The position numbers were made by a program, and so were the translations under genes. Shown here one piece after another: positions 17,347 through 27,125 of a stretch of 59,420 nucleotides of DNA. Under the pieces are notes generated by a model. The model was not told the origin of the DNA. It saw only the letters and a program-made list of their open reading frames with translations, and did no database searches. Each line of letters opens with the position of its first letter. The first letter of the stretch is position 1. Source of the DNA: an uncultured Methanosarcinales archaeon (lineage in GTDB: Archaea > Nanobdellota > Nanobdellia > Woesearchaeales > GW2011-AR4). The stretch covers positions 1 through 59,420 of the forward strand of contig CAYXZV010000005.1 in assembly GCA_964469645.1 (NCBI GenBank), given 5' to 3'.

Positions 17347-18207
17347 CTAGCTTCTCCCAGGTATCACCAATTTAGAATATGGAATAACTAATGCTAAATG
17401 CATTGGAAATCTTTGCAAAACATAAGCAGCAAAGTGACCCATTTCATGTGCAAATCCATAAAGAGATGCAACTTCAGGAGTTACACTTAAACTTTCTTGC
17501 TGCTGAGATATTTCTTGCTGAGAAAATATCATTATAGGGTAAGTTGTGATTTTTCTTCTATAAGCCAAACGACCATTCGTATCTATTGAAGCCATTTCTG
17601 GATCGTAATCATGGCCCAACAAGAAGGAATTACCGTTTTCATGCCCAATAACAGATATGCCATTTTCCAGGGTTGCAGCAACGTCTTCCTCTCTTGTCTT
17701 TCTTTTGTTAACCTTAACATTTCTAAGAGATGAAAAATAAGTTTCAGAAAATCTGCCGCCTTTTAACCGCGTGAGCCAATTAATAAAATAATCTACAAAA
17801 TTTTGATTAGTCAATCCTCTAATATCTCCTAAGTTTATATCTTCTAAATCATCCATGGTTTGCTCAGGAAATGGTATGTCCATATAGCTAAAAACTCTTC
17901 TGGTTAAGTCTATTGCAAATGCCTCATTAAACATTCCTAAGCTTAAGGTTAAGCCCAAGAGTTTTCTTTCTAAAGGGCTTGGTCTAGTTGTCTCTCTTAC
18001 TCTTGTTTCGATACCTTCTATAGCAGAACCTTGCTCAATGTTTTCAAGATAAGCATGTGGTGGTAGTGTGTCTCTAAGTGCTGTAAAGAAATGAGCAGAG
18101 TGCTCTCCAAGCACATGCGCAAAAGCATCTGTAAGTTGCTGCCCATGTCTATCTAAAACACTATTAAGGCTATCAATACTCCCCCTATATGCAAAGGAAT
18201 TTTCCAT
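17347..18207 (-). CDS. Orphan protein with C-terminal HExxH motif
   Basis: GFAHEMGH near the C-terminus; own TATA box. Confidence 0.6.
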   Translation of the reverse strand: MENSFAYRGSIDSLNSVLDRHGQQLTDAFAHVLGEHSAHFFTALRDTLPPHAYLENIEQGSAIEGIETRVRETTRPSPLERKLLGLTLSLGMFNEAFAIDLTRRVFSYMDIPFPEQTMDDLEDINLGDIRGLTNQNFVDYFINWLTRLKGGRFSETYFSSLRNVKVNKRKTREEDVAATLENGISVIGHENGNSFLLGHDYDPEMASIDTNGRLAYRRKITTYPIMIFSQQEISQQQESLSVTPEVASLYGFAHEMGHFAAYVLQRFPMHLALVIPYSKLVIPGRS

Positions 18208-18312
18208 GACTCAGAGTAATACACGACAGTTTAAAAACCTTAGGAAAAAGATTAAAAAACAACAAAACTTATAAACAAACTTCAATTTCAAAAATTTAAT
18301 TCTTGAATCAAA

Positions 18313-18978
18313 ATGGAAAAAATTTCAAAAAAAGATTTCATTGAAATCGAATATACTGGCAAGCTTAAGGAAGACAATGCAGTATTTGACACGACCAGTG
18401 AAAAGGTTGCAAAGGAAAACAATCTTGACCTGCATACCGGTTATGAGCCCGTTGTTGTTTGCATCGGGGAAGAGCAGCTTTTGAAAGGTCTCGATAAAAA
18501 CCTAGAAGGAAAAGAGATAGGAAAGGAATATGATTTTGATATTAAACCGGAAGATGCTTTTGGAAGCAAGAATGCAAAACTCATACAGCTGATCCCAACT
18601 TCTAAATTCAAGCAGCAAAACATACAGCCTATGCCAGGAATGCAGCTGAATATTGATGGTGTGGTAGGAACAATAAAGACAGTCAGCGGGGGAAGAACTT
18701 TAGTGGACTTTAACCATCCATTGGCAGGAAAAGATCTTTCATATAATGTGAAAATCAATAAAAAAGTAACAGATGATAAGGAAAAACTGAAAGGATACTT
18801 AAAGCTAAGCTTAGGCACAAAAGATTTTGAAGTAGAGTTGAATAATGGAGATGCCAAAGTAAAGCTAAAGAATGATATACCAAAAGAAGCTCAAGAAACT
18901 TTAAGCAAAAAGATAACTGAAATAATATCAACCATTAAAAAAGTTGAATTTACCGTCAGTAATAACAAAAAAGCGTAA
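18313..18978 (+). CDS. Long-type FKBP peptidyl-prolyl isomerase
   Basis: IEYTG, FDTT, PEDAFG, VDFNHPLAGK, archaeal C-terminal domain. Confidence 0.93.
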   Translation: MEKISKKDFIEIEYTGKLKEDNAVFDTTSEKVAKENNLDLHTGYEPVVVCIGEEQLLKGLDKNLEGKEIGKEYDFDIKPEDAFGSKNAKLIQLIPTSKFKQQNIQPMPGMQLNIDGVVGTIKTVSGGRTLVDFNHPLAGKDLSYNVKINKKVTDDKEKLKGYLKLSLGTKDFEVELNNGDAKVKLKNDIPKEAQETLSKKITEIISTIKKVEFTVSNNKKA

Positions 18979-19006
18979 CTAAAATCTTCTCTGTGGAGTT
19001 AAAGTT

Positions 19007-19073
19007 GTCTCGGGGTATCGAAGATACCCCCATACGCTAGTGTGCAGGCATGCACAAAAACGCATAGTTTAAA
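19007..19073 (-). repeat. Dispersed palindromic element, copy C (abuts the ftsZ promoter)
   Basis: Reverse strand: TTTAAA, core GCATGCCTGCACACTAGCGTATGG, GGGGTATC-TTC-GATACCCC hairpin, CCCGAGAC. Confidence 0.75.
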
Positions 19074-19118
19074 TATAAGTATGGGTCATTATTAAAATTA
19101 TCATTCAAGAGGGGTAAG

Positions 19119-20264
19119 TTGGAACCGGAAATAAGCAATGCACAAACAGACACAGTTTCTCAGTCAAACCCATCAATTTCAGAGCAAAATCCGTCTATGT
19201 CTTCTCAAGGTGCTGATACAAATATTGATGCTGAGCTTGAACAGCTTTTAGCAAAGCAACGCGCTGCAATTAAAGTTGTTGGTGCAGGCGGCGGCGGCAA
19301 CAATACTATCCAAAGAATATCCGAAGTTGGCATCATAGGCGCTGAAACAGTTGCAATCAATACCGATGCTCAGGATTTGCTTTATACTAACGCTAATAAG
19401 AAGATTTTAATCGGAAGAGAATTGACTAAAGGCCTTGGCGCAGGCTCCGAACCAAGGATAGGTGAAGAAGCAGCCCGCGAACAAGAAGTAGAAATTAAAA
19501 AGTCATTGCAGGGTTGCGATATGGTCTTTATTACTTGCGGTCTTGGTGGTGGAACCGGTACTGGCTCAGCCCCAGTCATAGCAGATGTTGCAAAAAAGAT
19601 AGGTGCTTTGACAGTAGGCATTGTAACATTGCCTTTTTCAATGGAAGGGCAAAGAAGATATGAAAATGCTGTTATCGGCCTTGAAAAAATGGAGCAGACT
19701 GTCGATACATTAATTGTCATACCAAATGAAAAATTATTGGAATTAGCGCCAGAACTTCCTTTACATACAGCTTTTAAGGTAGCAGATGAAATATTAACAA
19801 ATGCAGTTAAGGGTATTGCAGAACTAGTGACAAAAACAGGTTTAGTTAACTTAGATTTTGCAGATATAAGAGCTGTAATGAAACAAGGAGGAGTGGCTTT
19901 AATCGGTGTAGGAGAAAGCGATACAGAAAACAGAGCAGTAGAAGCAGTTGAAAAAGCCGTTAATAACCCTCTATTGGATGCTGATATCTCCGGCGCAAAC
20001 GGAGCTTTGATAAACGTCATTGGTGGGGAAGACATGACTTTGGATGAAGCACGAAAAGTTGTTGAGACAGTATCAGAAAAGCTTGATGACGATGCAAGAA
20101 TAATATGGGGCGCGCAAATAAGCAAGGATCTGGAAAAGACCATAAGGACAATGCTTATTGTAACAGGAGTCAAAAGTTCACAAATCCTGGGTTCAGGAAT
20201 CCAAACAACAGATAAAAGAAAAGAAGAGATAGAATCAGAGCTAGGAATAGAATTTCTTGATTAA
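19119..20264 (+). CDS. ftsZ: Cell division protein FtsZ
   Basis: [28 protein letters not shown]; TTG start. Confidence 0.98.
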   Translation: MEPEISNAQTDTVSQSNPSISEQNPSMSSQGADTNIDAELEQLLAKQRAAIKVVGAGGGGNNTIQRISEVGIIGAETVAINTDAQDLLYTNANKKILIGRELTKGLGAGSEPRIGEEAAREQEVEIKKSLQGCDMVFITCGLGGGTGTGSAPVIADVAKKIGALTVGIVTLPFSMEGQRRYENAVIGLEKMEQTVDTLIVIPNEKLLELAPELPLHTAFKVADEILTNAVKGIAELVTKTGLVNLDFADIRAVMKQGGVALIGVGESDTENRAVEAVEKAVNNPLLDADISGANGALINVIGGEDMTLDEARKVVETVSEKLDDDARIIWGAQISKDLEKTIRTMLIVTGVKSSQILGSGIQTTDKRKEEIESELGIEFLD

Positions 20265-20266
20265 AA

Positions 20267-20455
20267 ATGAACTTCAATTCTTATTGGGTAAAATTTAAAA
20301 GCTTCATTAACGAGTCTGCAAGAGTCTTGAAAGTGACAAGAAAACCCAATAAAATGGAGTTCAAGACAATAGTTAAAGTGTCAGGTTTAGGCATGATAAT
20401 TGTAGGCCTTATGGGCTTCGTGATTACAATGACAAAACAGTTGCTTTTTCCCTAA
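20267..20455 (+). CDS. secE: Protein translocase SecE/Sec61-gamma
   Basis: RVLKVTRKP...EF...G.G...GLMGF; ftsZ-secE-spt5 order. Confidence 0.93.
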   Translation: MNFNSYWVKFKSFINESARVLKVTRKPNKMEFKTIVKVSGLGMIIVGLMGFVITMTKQLLFP

Positions 20456-20564
20456 AGATTTATAAATAGCAAAAAAATCACATTCACTATTACTCTTTTT
20501 TACTTTTTACCCAGACTTAAAGGTCCAGGTAGAAAGCTAATGAGTAATAAATTATGATCTAAAG

Positions 20565-21041
20565 ATGGAACAAGAATCAGCGATATACGGCTTAAGAGTC
20601 ACCGCTAATAGGGAAGACCAGGTAATGGATTTCATTGTAGCTAATGCTCAAAGAAAAAAGTTAGAGGTTTATTCAGTCATAAGGCCTCATGGAATGCGCG
20701 GTTATATCTTTCTAGAAGCTGGCAACAAGACAGATGCAGAGCAAGCAGCCTTTAATGTTCCTTACGCTAGAGGTATTTTACCCAAAACAGTTGAATACAA
20801 AGAGATAGAGCACATGCTGGAGCAGGTAAAGCACGAAGTTAATATCCAGAAGAACGATATTGTTGAAATTATTTCAGGTCCATTTAAGCGCGAACAGGCA
20901 AAAATAACAAGAATAGACAAACAAAAAGAGGAAGTTGTTGTTGAACTCTTGGAAGCAGCTGTCCCTATCCCAATAACAGTTAAGATGGATGCTGTCAAGG
21001 TCATCAGGAGAGAGACTGAAGAAGAGGAAAAGCCGGAATAA
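20565..21041 (+). CDS. spt5: Transcription elongation factor Spt5 (NusG)
   Basis: NGN domain (GYIFLEA) and KOW (VEIISGPFK). Confidence 0.96.
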   Translation: MEQESAIYGLRVTANREDQVMDFIVANAQRKKLEVYSVIRPHGMRGYIFLEAGNKTDAEQAAFNVPYARGILPKTVEYKEIEHMLEQVKHEVNIQKNDIVEIISGPFKREQAKITRIDKQKEEVVVELLEAAVPIPITVKMDAVKVIRRETEEEEKPE

Positions 21042-21054
21042 GTTCATAATTCTT

Positions 21055-21624
21055 TTATCTGGAAAATCTTTGAACTCTAAAACCCCCAAGATCATTTTCC
21101 ATTGATTCTAGGGCCTCTATGATTTTTCTCGTAAACGCAGCCATTTGATTATAAAAAGAAATCGCGTGATGGAAGTTAAGTAGCTTGACAGGCATCTCAA
21201 CTGATTTTGTACTCTTTGCGCCAATGCCGAACACAACCTTACTGCTTCTTTTTGTTTGCTCAAGCATGGTTTCCATGAGTTCAAAATGGGTAAGTAGCGA
21301 ATTAGCAGTTTCCTTTGTCTGTTGGATTTCTGACACTATCGTGCTAGCATCTCCAGACAGATGTTCCTGCAAATCATCATATGTACCTACTTTCTGCCTT
21401 CTTTGCTCCATGGCTTTAAGAATTTCAACATCACGTCGTAGCTTTCTCATGTCTTCGACGAGTCTATGAACAATCATAACTACAGCGGTACTGGACTCCT
21501 TGGCCTTGTGCAGCTTTTCAATTTCAATATTTTCTAATGCCTCTGCAGTGTGTAAATCTTCATCTATCTTGTCGATTTCAGGGGGTAGCTGCGGACGTCT
21601 TAATAATCTCCTTATTATCCTCAT
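21055..21624 (-). CDS. Orphan helical protein inserted between spt5 and rpl11
   Basis: 189-aa ORF antisense to the cluster, with its own TTTAAATA box. Confidence 0.6.
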   Translation of the reverse strand: MRIIRRLLRRPQLPPEIDKIDEDLHTAEALENIEIEKLHKAKESSTAVVMIVHRLVEDMRKLRRDVEILKAMEQRRQKVGTYDDLQEHLSGDASTIVSEIQQTKETANSLLTHFELMETMLEQTKRSSKVVFGIGAKSTKSVEMPVKLLNFHHAISFYNQMAAFTRKIIEALESMENDLGGFRVQRFSR

Positions 21625-21753
21625 ATATAATGTTTTATCAGAATTATTATTTAAATCTTTTCAAAGAGTAAACCAGTCGTAGATTCAGATTAAAAAATTC
21701 CGAAACCCTTATAAACAAAATTTAATTTCTAAGCGCTATAACAAATAATAAAA

Positions 21754-22569
21754 ATGGCATCACAAACAGTCGAATCATTAGTACCTGGAGGAAAGGCAAC
21801 TGCAGCGCCTCCGCTAGGGCCTGCTTTAGGACCGTTAGGGGTCAATATAGGCCAGGTAGTTGCAGATATAAACAAAAAAACTTCTGCTTTTAATGGTATG
21901 CAGGTTCCTGTCAAAGTTATCGTAGATGTGGATACAAAGGAATTTGAGATTGATGTCGGAACACCGCCTGCTTCTTCATTAGTTTTAAAGGAAGCCGGAA
22001 TAGAAAAAGGTTCTGGAAACCCAAAAACAGACAAGGTTGCTGATATTCTTATTGAACAGATAATCAAGGTTGCAAAGATGAAAGAAAACAATCTTTTAGG
22101 TAAGACTTTGAAAGAAAAAGTAAAGGAGATTATCGGAACTTGCAACTCAATGGGTATTTTGGTGGAAGGAAAGCCGGCAGTTGAAACCATAAAGGACGTT
22201 AATGAAGGCAAATTCGATAAGGAAATAAAAGAAGAAAAGACAGAACTTTCTGCAGAAGAGAAAGCTAAATTGGAAGAAAAGAAAAAGAAACTTGCTGAAG
22301 AGATGGAGAAAAGACGTGCAGAATTCGAAAAAACCGCTAAAGAGATCATTGATTCAATGGCTGGCAAGGAAAGAGGAGAGATTAAGGCTAAATTATCAGA
22401 AGCTGATATTCCAGATGCAATAATCAAGGAATTATTGCCAGTTGAAGGAGAAGCAGCTGTTCCAGGAGCAGAAGGCGCAGCACCAGTTGAAGGAGCACCG
22501 GCTGAAGGCGCAGCACCAGAAGCTAAAGCAGAAGAAAAGAAAGAAGAGCCAAAAGAGAAGAAGAAATAA
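21754..22569 (+). CDS. rpl11: 50S ribosomal protein L11 with long C-terminal extension
   Basis: GGKATAAPPLGPALGP, PPASSL, GTCNSMG. Confidence 0.96.
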   Translation: MASQTVESLVPGGKATAAPPLGPALGPLGVNIGQVVADINKKTSAFNGMQVPVKVIVDVDTKEFEIDVGTPPASSLVLKEAGIEKGSGNPKTDKVADILIEQIIKVAKMKENNLLGKTLKEKVKEIIGTCNSMGILVEGKPAVETIKDVNEGKFDKEIKEEKTELSAEEKAKLEEKKKKLAEEMEKRRAEFEKTAKEIIDSMAGKERGEIKAKLSEADIPDAIIKELLPVEGEAAVPGAEGAAPVEGAPAEGAAPEAKAEEKKEEPKEKKK

Positions 22570-22574
22570 TTATC

Positions 22575-23456
22575 TCAAAAGATTTTATCACTTCTTTTAT
22601 AATTCACATTATTTTTTTCCAGTAGTTCTAAAATCCTTGCTTTTTCCTTGCCTAAGCCTTTCCAATCCAGCAAAACAAACTTGGCATTGCACTTTTCCAT
22701 CGCTTCTTTAATCAAATTCTCATCTAAACTATCTAAATTGTGTTTTGCACATATATGTCCAACAGCAAGATCGCTTTTTAACATTGCCTTGTTCGCAACA
22801 TGATTATAATGTGAACCACCAATGACAAAAACAGATTCATAGTTTTTTTTCTCAATATTTTCATTCTTTGTTGTTTCATTGTTTTTTTTATTTGATGTAT
22901 TATTATTCGTTGCAGCAAAACCATTGCACTTTTCAATTGCCTTAATTACAGACTTTGCAACTATATCTGCACCTTCTTTATCCCCCCAATACTTTTCATT
23001 GCTTCCAAGCTCAACAAATAATAATGGTTTTTCCATGAAAGGTCCATGATGTGTAGCTTCCAGGGTAGCTTCATATTCAGAATTCTCAACATTTTTATTC
23101 AACTCAATAAACATATTTTTTAATAAACTAGGATAAGAATGACATAAGGTTTTATCTTTCCCACCTTTATCAGCTTCTCCGAAATTTCCTATTGGATGGC
23201 AAGTTAACGACGCACGACCTTCAGCAGCTTTATGTTTAGAAAGAAAAACAAAAACATCTGCATCTATCTTTTTATCAAGATCATTTGCATGAATCATCTC
23301 AGAATTAATCGTATATAATTTTATATCGTTTAATTCAAATATATTATTATCCTCAAATTCTTCTTCTAACTTATTGAAGCTAAAATTATTGATCAAATTC
23401 TCTTTGATGTTAGTACTCGCTATTTCTTTCGAATAGGAAATGAGTGCAATGTTCAT
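22575..23456 (-). CDS. dtdA: Archaeal D-aminoacyl-tRNA deacylase
   Basis: SKH, CHPIGN, EATHHGP, VELGS, GGSHY, GHI. Confidence 0.92.
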   Translation of the reverse strand: MNIALISYSKEIASTNIKENLINNFSFNKLEEEFEDNNIFELNDIKLYTINSEMIHANDLDKKIDADVFVFLSKHKAAEGRASLTCHPIGNFGEADKGGKDKTLCHSYPSLLKNMFIELNKNVENSEYEATLEATHHGPFMEKPLLFVELGSNEKYWGDKEGADIVAKSVIKAIEKCNGFAATNNNTSNKKNNETTKNENIEKKNYESVFVIGGSHYNHVANKAMLKSDLAVGHICAKHNLDSLDENLIKEAMEKCNAKFVLLDWKGLGKEKARILELLEKNNVNYKRSDKIF

Positions 23457-23505
23457 TATTAATGTATTTCCAGAGCTGAAATAAAAATTTTCCCTTTTCT
23501 TCTAA

Positions 23506-23610
23506 ATAAGTATATAAATAAGTATAAATATAAGTATCTATTTAAATAAAATACCAGCTAAAATCGTAATGTTTAAATATAAGTATCTAAATAAGAATAA
23601 AAATAAGTAT
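23506..23610 (+). repeat. Two triplets of ATAAGTAT direct repeats with 12-bp period
   Basis: Copies at 23506, 23518, 23530 and 23579, 23591 (ATAAGAAT), 23603. Confidence 0.85.
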
Positions 23611-23640
23611 ATATACCTTAATTCCATATGAACTCCAGAG

Positions 23641-23668
23641 TCAAAAGCCAACTTTCGTTGGCTTTTGA
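23641..23668. promoter_or_regulatory. Perfect 12-bp hairpin upstream of the AbrB-like gene
   Basis: TCAAAAGCCAAC-TTTC-GTTGGCTTTTGA. Confidence 0.75.
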
Positions 23669-23692
23669 TTTATACTCTAATAGGTCCTTAAT

Positions 23693-23860
23693 ATGCCAAC
23701 AGAATTCAAAAGAAAACTCTACAGAAGAGGTTCTAGCTTTGAAACAACTATTCCTATGCCTTTGCTTTTTGCTTTAGACAAGAAAAAGAAGTACAATGTA
23801 GTCTTTGCTTTTGATGCTGATGCCAATAAATGGTATGTTAAATTTGAAGAACGAAAATGA
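23693..23860 (+). CDS. AbrB/MazE-like swapped-hairpin small DNA-binding protein (55 aa; absent from the ORF track)
   Basis: MPTEFKRKLYRRGSSFETTIPMPLL matches the RK-x3-G-x-S-x3-TIP pattern. Confidence 0.75.
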   Translation: MPTEFKRKLYRRGSSFETTIPMPLLFALDKKKKYNVVFAFDADANKWYVKFEERK

Positions 23861-23869
23861 GGTGGAAAC

Positions 23870-24166
23870 ATGTATAGATTTACGAAGTTTTTGGGCTCGT
23901 TAGAGCATTATGAGTTAGTTAAATTGAAGAAAGGGCTGGAAAAAGGAACAATAGATTTTGAAAAAGAGATACAGGACCGTATAAAAGAGCATGAAAAAAG
24001 ACATTCGAAATTCTGCGCAACATGCTCAAATACATTAGACCACTATAATCCAAATAATTACACGATTATATTCGGCCCTGAAGATTTCAGGAAAAAAGCC
24101 TCCTTTTGCGGATTGGATTGCCTGGAATATTTTATGATAAATATGAAACAAATGAAAAAAGTGTAG
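23870..24166 (+). CDS. Small Cys4 (TRASH-like) metal-binding protein
   Basis: CATC...FCGLDC; SD GAGGTG upstream. Confidence 0.75.
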   Translation: MYRFTKFLGSLEHYELVKLKKGLEKGTIDFEKEIQDRIKEHEKRHSKFCATCSNTLDHYNPNNYTIIFGPEDFRKKASFCGLDCLEYFMINMKQMKKV

Positions 24167-24175
24167 GTGATAAAA

Positions 24176-24295
24176 ATGCAGAAAAAATTGAATAATTTTT
24201 CAGAGAATAAAAACCTAAGTTATGCAAAATACATAGAAGAGATTACATTCGAGCAATTAAAGAAAATTTCTGTTGTTAATGATTATGTAAATTAA
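24176..24295 (+). CDS. 39-aa micro-ORF
   Basis: SD AGGTGA 5 nt upstream; operon position. Confidence 0.5.
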   Translation: MQKKLNNFSENKNLSYAKYIEEITFEQLKKISVVNDYVN

Positions 24296-24310
24296 AAAAA
24301 GGTGGTGTAA

Positions 24311-24415
24311 ATGGAAATAAATGAAATATGTGAAATAACCGGAAAGACACGGGATGAAATAGAAAAAATGTTGGAGAAGGATGATGTCATAGAGCTTAAA
24401 TTGACGGAAAAATAG
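24311..24415 (+). CDS. 34-aa micro-ORF (MEINEICEITGKTRDEIEKML...)
   Basis: SD AGGTGG upstream; helix-turn-helix-like sequence. Confidence 0.55.
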   Translation: MEINEICEITGKTRDEIEKMLEKDDVIELKLTEK

Positions 24416-24436
24416 TAGGAATAAAGTATCACTAAA

Positions 24437-27064
24437 ATGCATGATGAGCCTATTGATGAAATTTTTAAGGCATTGAACTCAAAAAAAGAGGGCCTGACAG
24501 AGAAAGAAGCAGAGTTAAGATTAAAAAAATACGGCTATAACGAAATAAAAGAAGAAAAGAGGATTTCTCCAATAAAAATTTTCCTCCAACAATTTAATTC
24601 TGCCGTTGTATATATCCTGATAGCTGCCTTAGTTATTTCTATATTTATCGGAGAACAGATAGATGCAGTTGTTATAGGGATAATACTGATCCTGAATGCA
24701 TTATTCGGTTTTTATCAGGAATATCGGGCAGAAAAATCAATAGAAGCGCTCAAAAAATTAGCAAGCTTAAAAGCTACTGTTCTAAGGGATGGAAAAGAAA
24801 AAGAGATAGATGCAAAACTCTTAGTCCAAGGAGATATAATTGTATTGGCAGAAGGGGACAAGATCCCGGCTGATTCAAGGATATTTGAATTGGCCAATCT
24901 ACAGACTCTGGAAGCTGCATTGACAGGAGAAAGCACCCCGGTTAAAAAAGAGCTTAAAGTTTTAGCAGAAAAAACACCTTTGGCAGATAGGATCAATATG
25001 ACATTTTCCGGGACCGTTATAACCTGCGGTAAAGGAAGAGCAGTTGTTACAGGAACCGGAATGAAATCCGAAATAGGAAAAATAGCAAAACTAATGCAGG
25101 AAACAGAAGAGGAAAAAACACCTCTGCAAAAAAAATTGGATCAGCTTGGAAAATTGCTCGGAGCTTTGACAATAGTCATTTCCATAATTGTCTTTTTGGG
25201 GGGAATTTTTAAAGGTGGTGATTTAATAGAATTTTTTATCATAGCCGTAGCTCTTGCTGTTGCTGCCATTCCCGAAGGATTGCCTGCAGTAGTTACAATC
25301 GGATTGTCCATAGGCTCCCAGAAGATGGTTAAAAGGAACGCTTTGATCCGTAAGCTGCCTTCAGTCGAGACTCTCGGTTCAACAACTGTTATCTGTTCAG
25401 ATAAGACAGGAACCCTGACAAAAAATGAAATGACTGTCAAGAAAATATACACTTGTAACAAGATCATTGATGTTACAGGTTCCGGTTACGAGAAAAAAGG
25501 AGGATTTCTGTTCAATAATAAAAAAATCAGCACCAAAGAGATTGAATTATTATTAAAAATAGGTACATTAAACAACGATGCTTCTTTGAATGATGGTAAT
25601 GTTATTGGAGACCCTACCGAAGCTTCCTTGATTGTTTCTGCTGCAAAAGCCGGCCTGAAAAAAGAAGAGCTGGAAAAAAAGCATAAGAGGATCGATGAGA
25701 TACCTTTCACTTCAGAAAGAAAAATAATGACTACAATACATGATTTCAATAGCGAAAAACTTGCTTTTGTAAAAGGAGCGCCTGAAGTCGTGCTTAAGCT
25801 TTGCAAGTCCGTTTATGAAAACGGCAAAATAAAGAAATTGACAGAAGCAAAGAGAAAAGAGATTCTGCAGATAAACCAACAATTTGCTAATAGTGCTTTA
25901 AGAGTCTTAGGTTTTGCTTTCAAGACAGTCATGAATAAGGACAGGACTGAAAAAAACCTTACTTTTGTCGGTTTGCAGGGAATGATTGACCCTCCAAGAG
26001 AAGAGATCAAGGGAGCAATAAGTAAATGCAGGAGAGCAGGAATAAATGTCATTATGATAACAGGTGATCATGAAATAACAGCCAGAGCCATAGGAAAAGA
26101 GATTGGATTAGAAGGAAAAAGCTTGACCGGGCAGCAGCTGGAAAAAATCTCCAATTTTGATAAAATCGTTGAGGATATAGCAATATATGCTCGTGTCAAT
26201 CCTGAGCACAAGATAAAAATCGTTGATGCTTTAAAGAAAAAAGGGCATATTGTTGCGATGACCGGAGACGGAGTAAATGACGCACCAGCATTAAAGAAAG
26301 CAGATATTGGAGTAGGGATGGGCATTACAGGCACTGATGTTGCTAAAGAATCTTCTGATATGATCCTAACAGATGATAATTTTGCATCTATAGTGAATGC
26401 AGTTGAAGAAGGTCGTGGAATATATGGCAATATAAAGAAGTTTGTTGAATATCTGCTGTCCTCAAATTTAGGAGAGATTTTGACATTATTCACCGCCATA
26501 ATGATCGGTTTACCTTTACCTTTGATTGCCATAATGATCCTATGGATAAACTTAGTTACTGATGGGTTGCCGGCACTAGCTTTAAGCGTTGATCCTTCTG
26601 ATCCTAACATAATGGAGCAAAAACCGAGGAATCCAAAAGAAAAGATTATCTCAAATCCTATTATAGTGAGGATGATTATTGTTGGAATCACTATGATGAT
26701 TGGAACACTTGCAATTTTCAAAATTTACAATCCAGAAGCAAATTTGATGTATGCGCAAACAATAGCGTTTTCCACATTGATGTTCTACCAGATGTTCAAT
26801 GTGTTGAACTGCCGCTCTGAATTCAATTCATTGTTCAAGATAGGGGTTTTTTCAAACATGAAGCTTTGGGGTGCAATATTAATCTCAGTATTGCTGCAGA
26901 TTTTAGTCATACACACACCATTAAGCATATTTTTCAAAACAGTACCTTTAACATTTATGGACTGGATCTATGTTGTTTTGGTTTCAAGCAGTGTGTTGAT
27001 AATAGTTGAGATCTATAAATTTGCAGTGGCTAAATTTAACCCTAATGTCTGTAAGACTGCATGA
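24437..27064 (+). CDS. P-type II (Ca2+-type) cation-transporting ATPase
   Basis: [30 protein letters not shown]. Confidence 0.96.
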   Translation: MHDEPIDEIFKALNSKKEGLTEKEAELRLKKYGYNEIKEEKRISPIKIFLQQFNSAVVYILIAALVISIFIGEQIDAVVIGIILILNALFGFYQEYRAEKSIEALKKLASLKATVLRDGKEKEIDAKLLVQGDIIVLAEGDKIPADSRIFELANLQTLEAALTGESTPVKKELKVLAEKTPLADRINMTFSGTVITCGKGRAVVTGTGMKSEIGKIAKLMQETEEEKTPLQKKLDQLGKLLGALTIVISIIVFLGGIFKGGDLIEFFIIAVALAVAAIPEGLPAVVTIGLSIGSQKMVKRNALIRKLPSVETLGSTTVICSDKTGTLTKNEMTVKKIYTCNKIIDVTGSGYEKKGGFLFNNKKISTKEIELLLKIGTLNNDASLNDGNVIGDPTEASLIVSAAKAGLKKEELEKKHKRIDEIPFTSERKIMTTIHDFNSEKLAFVKGAPEVVLKLCKSVYENGKIKKLTEAKRKEILQINQQFANSALRVLGFAFKTVMNKDRTEKNLTFVGLQGMIDPPREEIKGAISKCRRAGINVIMITGDHEITARAIGKEIGLEGKSLTGQQLEKISNFDKIVEDIAIYARVNPEHKIKIVDALKKKGHIVAMTGDGVNDAPALKKADIGVGMGITGTDVAKESSDMILTDDNFASIVNAVEEGRGIYGNIKKFVEYLLSSNLGEILTLFTAIMIGLPLPLIAIMILWINLVTDGLPALALSVDPSDPNIMEQKPRNPKEKIISNPIIVRMIIVGITMMIGTLAIFKIYNPEANLMYAQTIAFSTLMFYQMFNVLNCRSEFNSLFKIGVFSNMKLWGAILISVLLQILVIHTPLSIFFKTVPLTFMDWIYVVLVSSSVLIIVEIYKFAVAKFNPNVCKTA

Positions 27065-27125
27065 TAACTTTATTTTTTCTATTGTTGATGTAAGATTTAT
27101 AAATGGAACTCCTTAACCAACAGAT

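Noticed and set aside
23480-23640. Replication origin (AT-rich region with iteron-like repeats)
   Set aside because: No cdc6/orc1 nearby and no ORB G-string; an operator for the adjacent AbrB-like gene is more parsimonious, though an origin is not excluded
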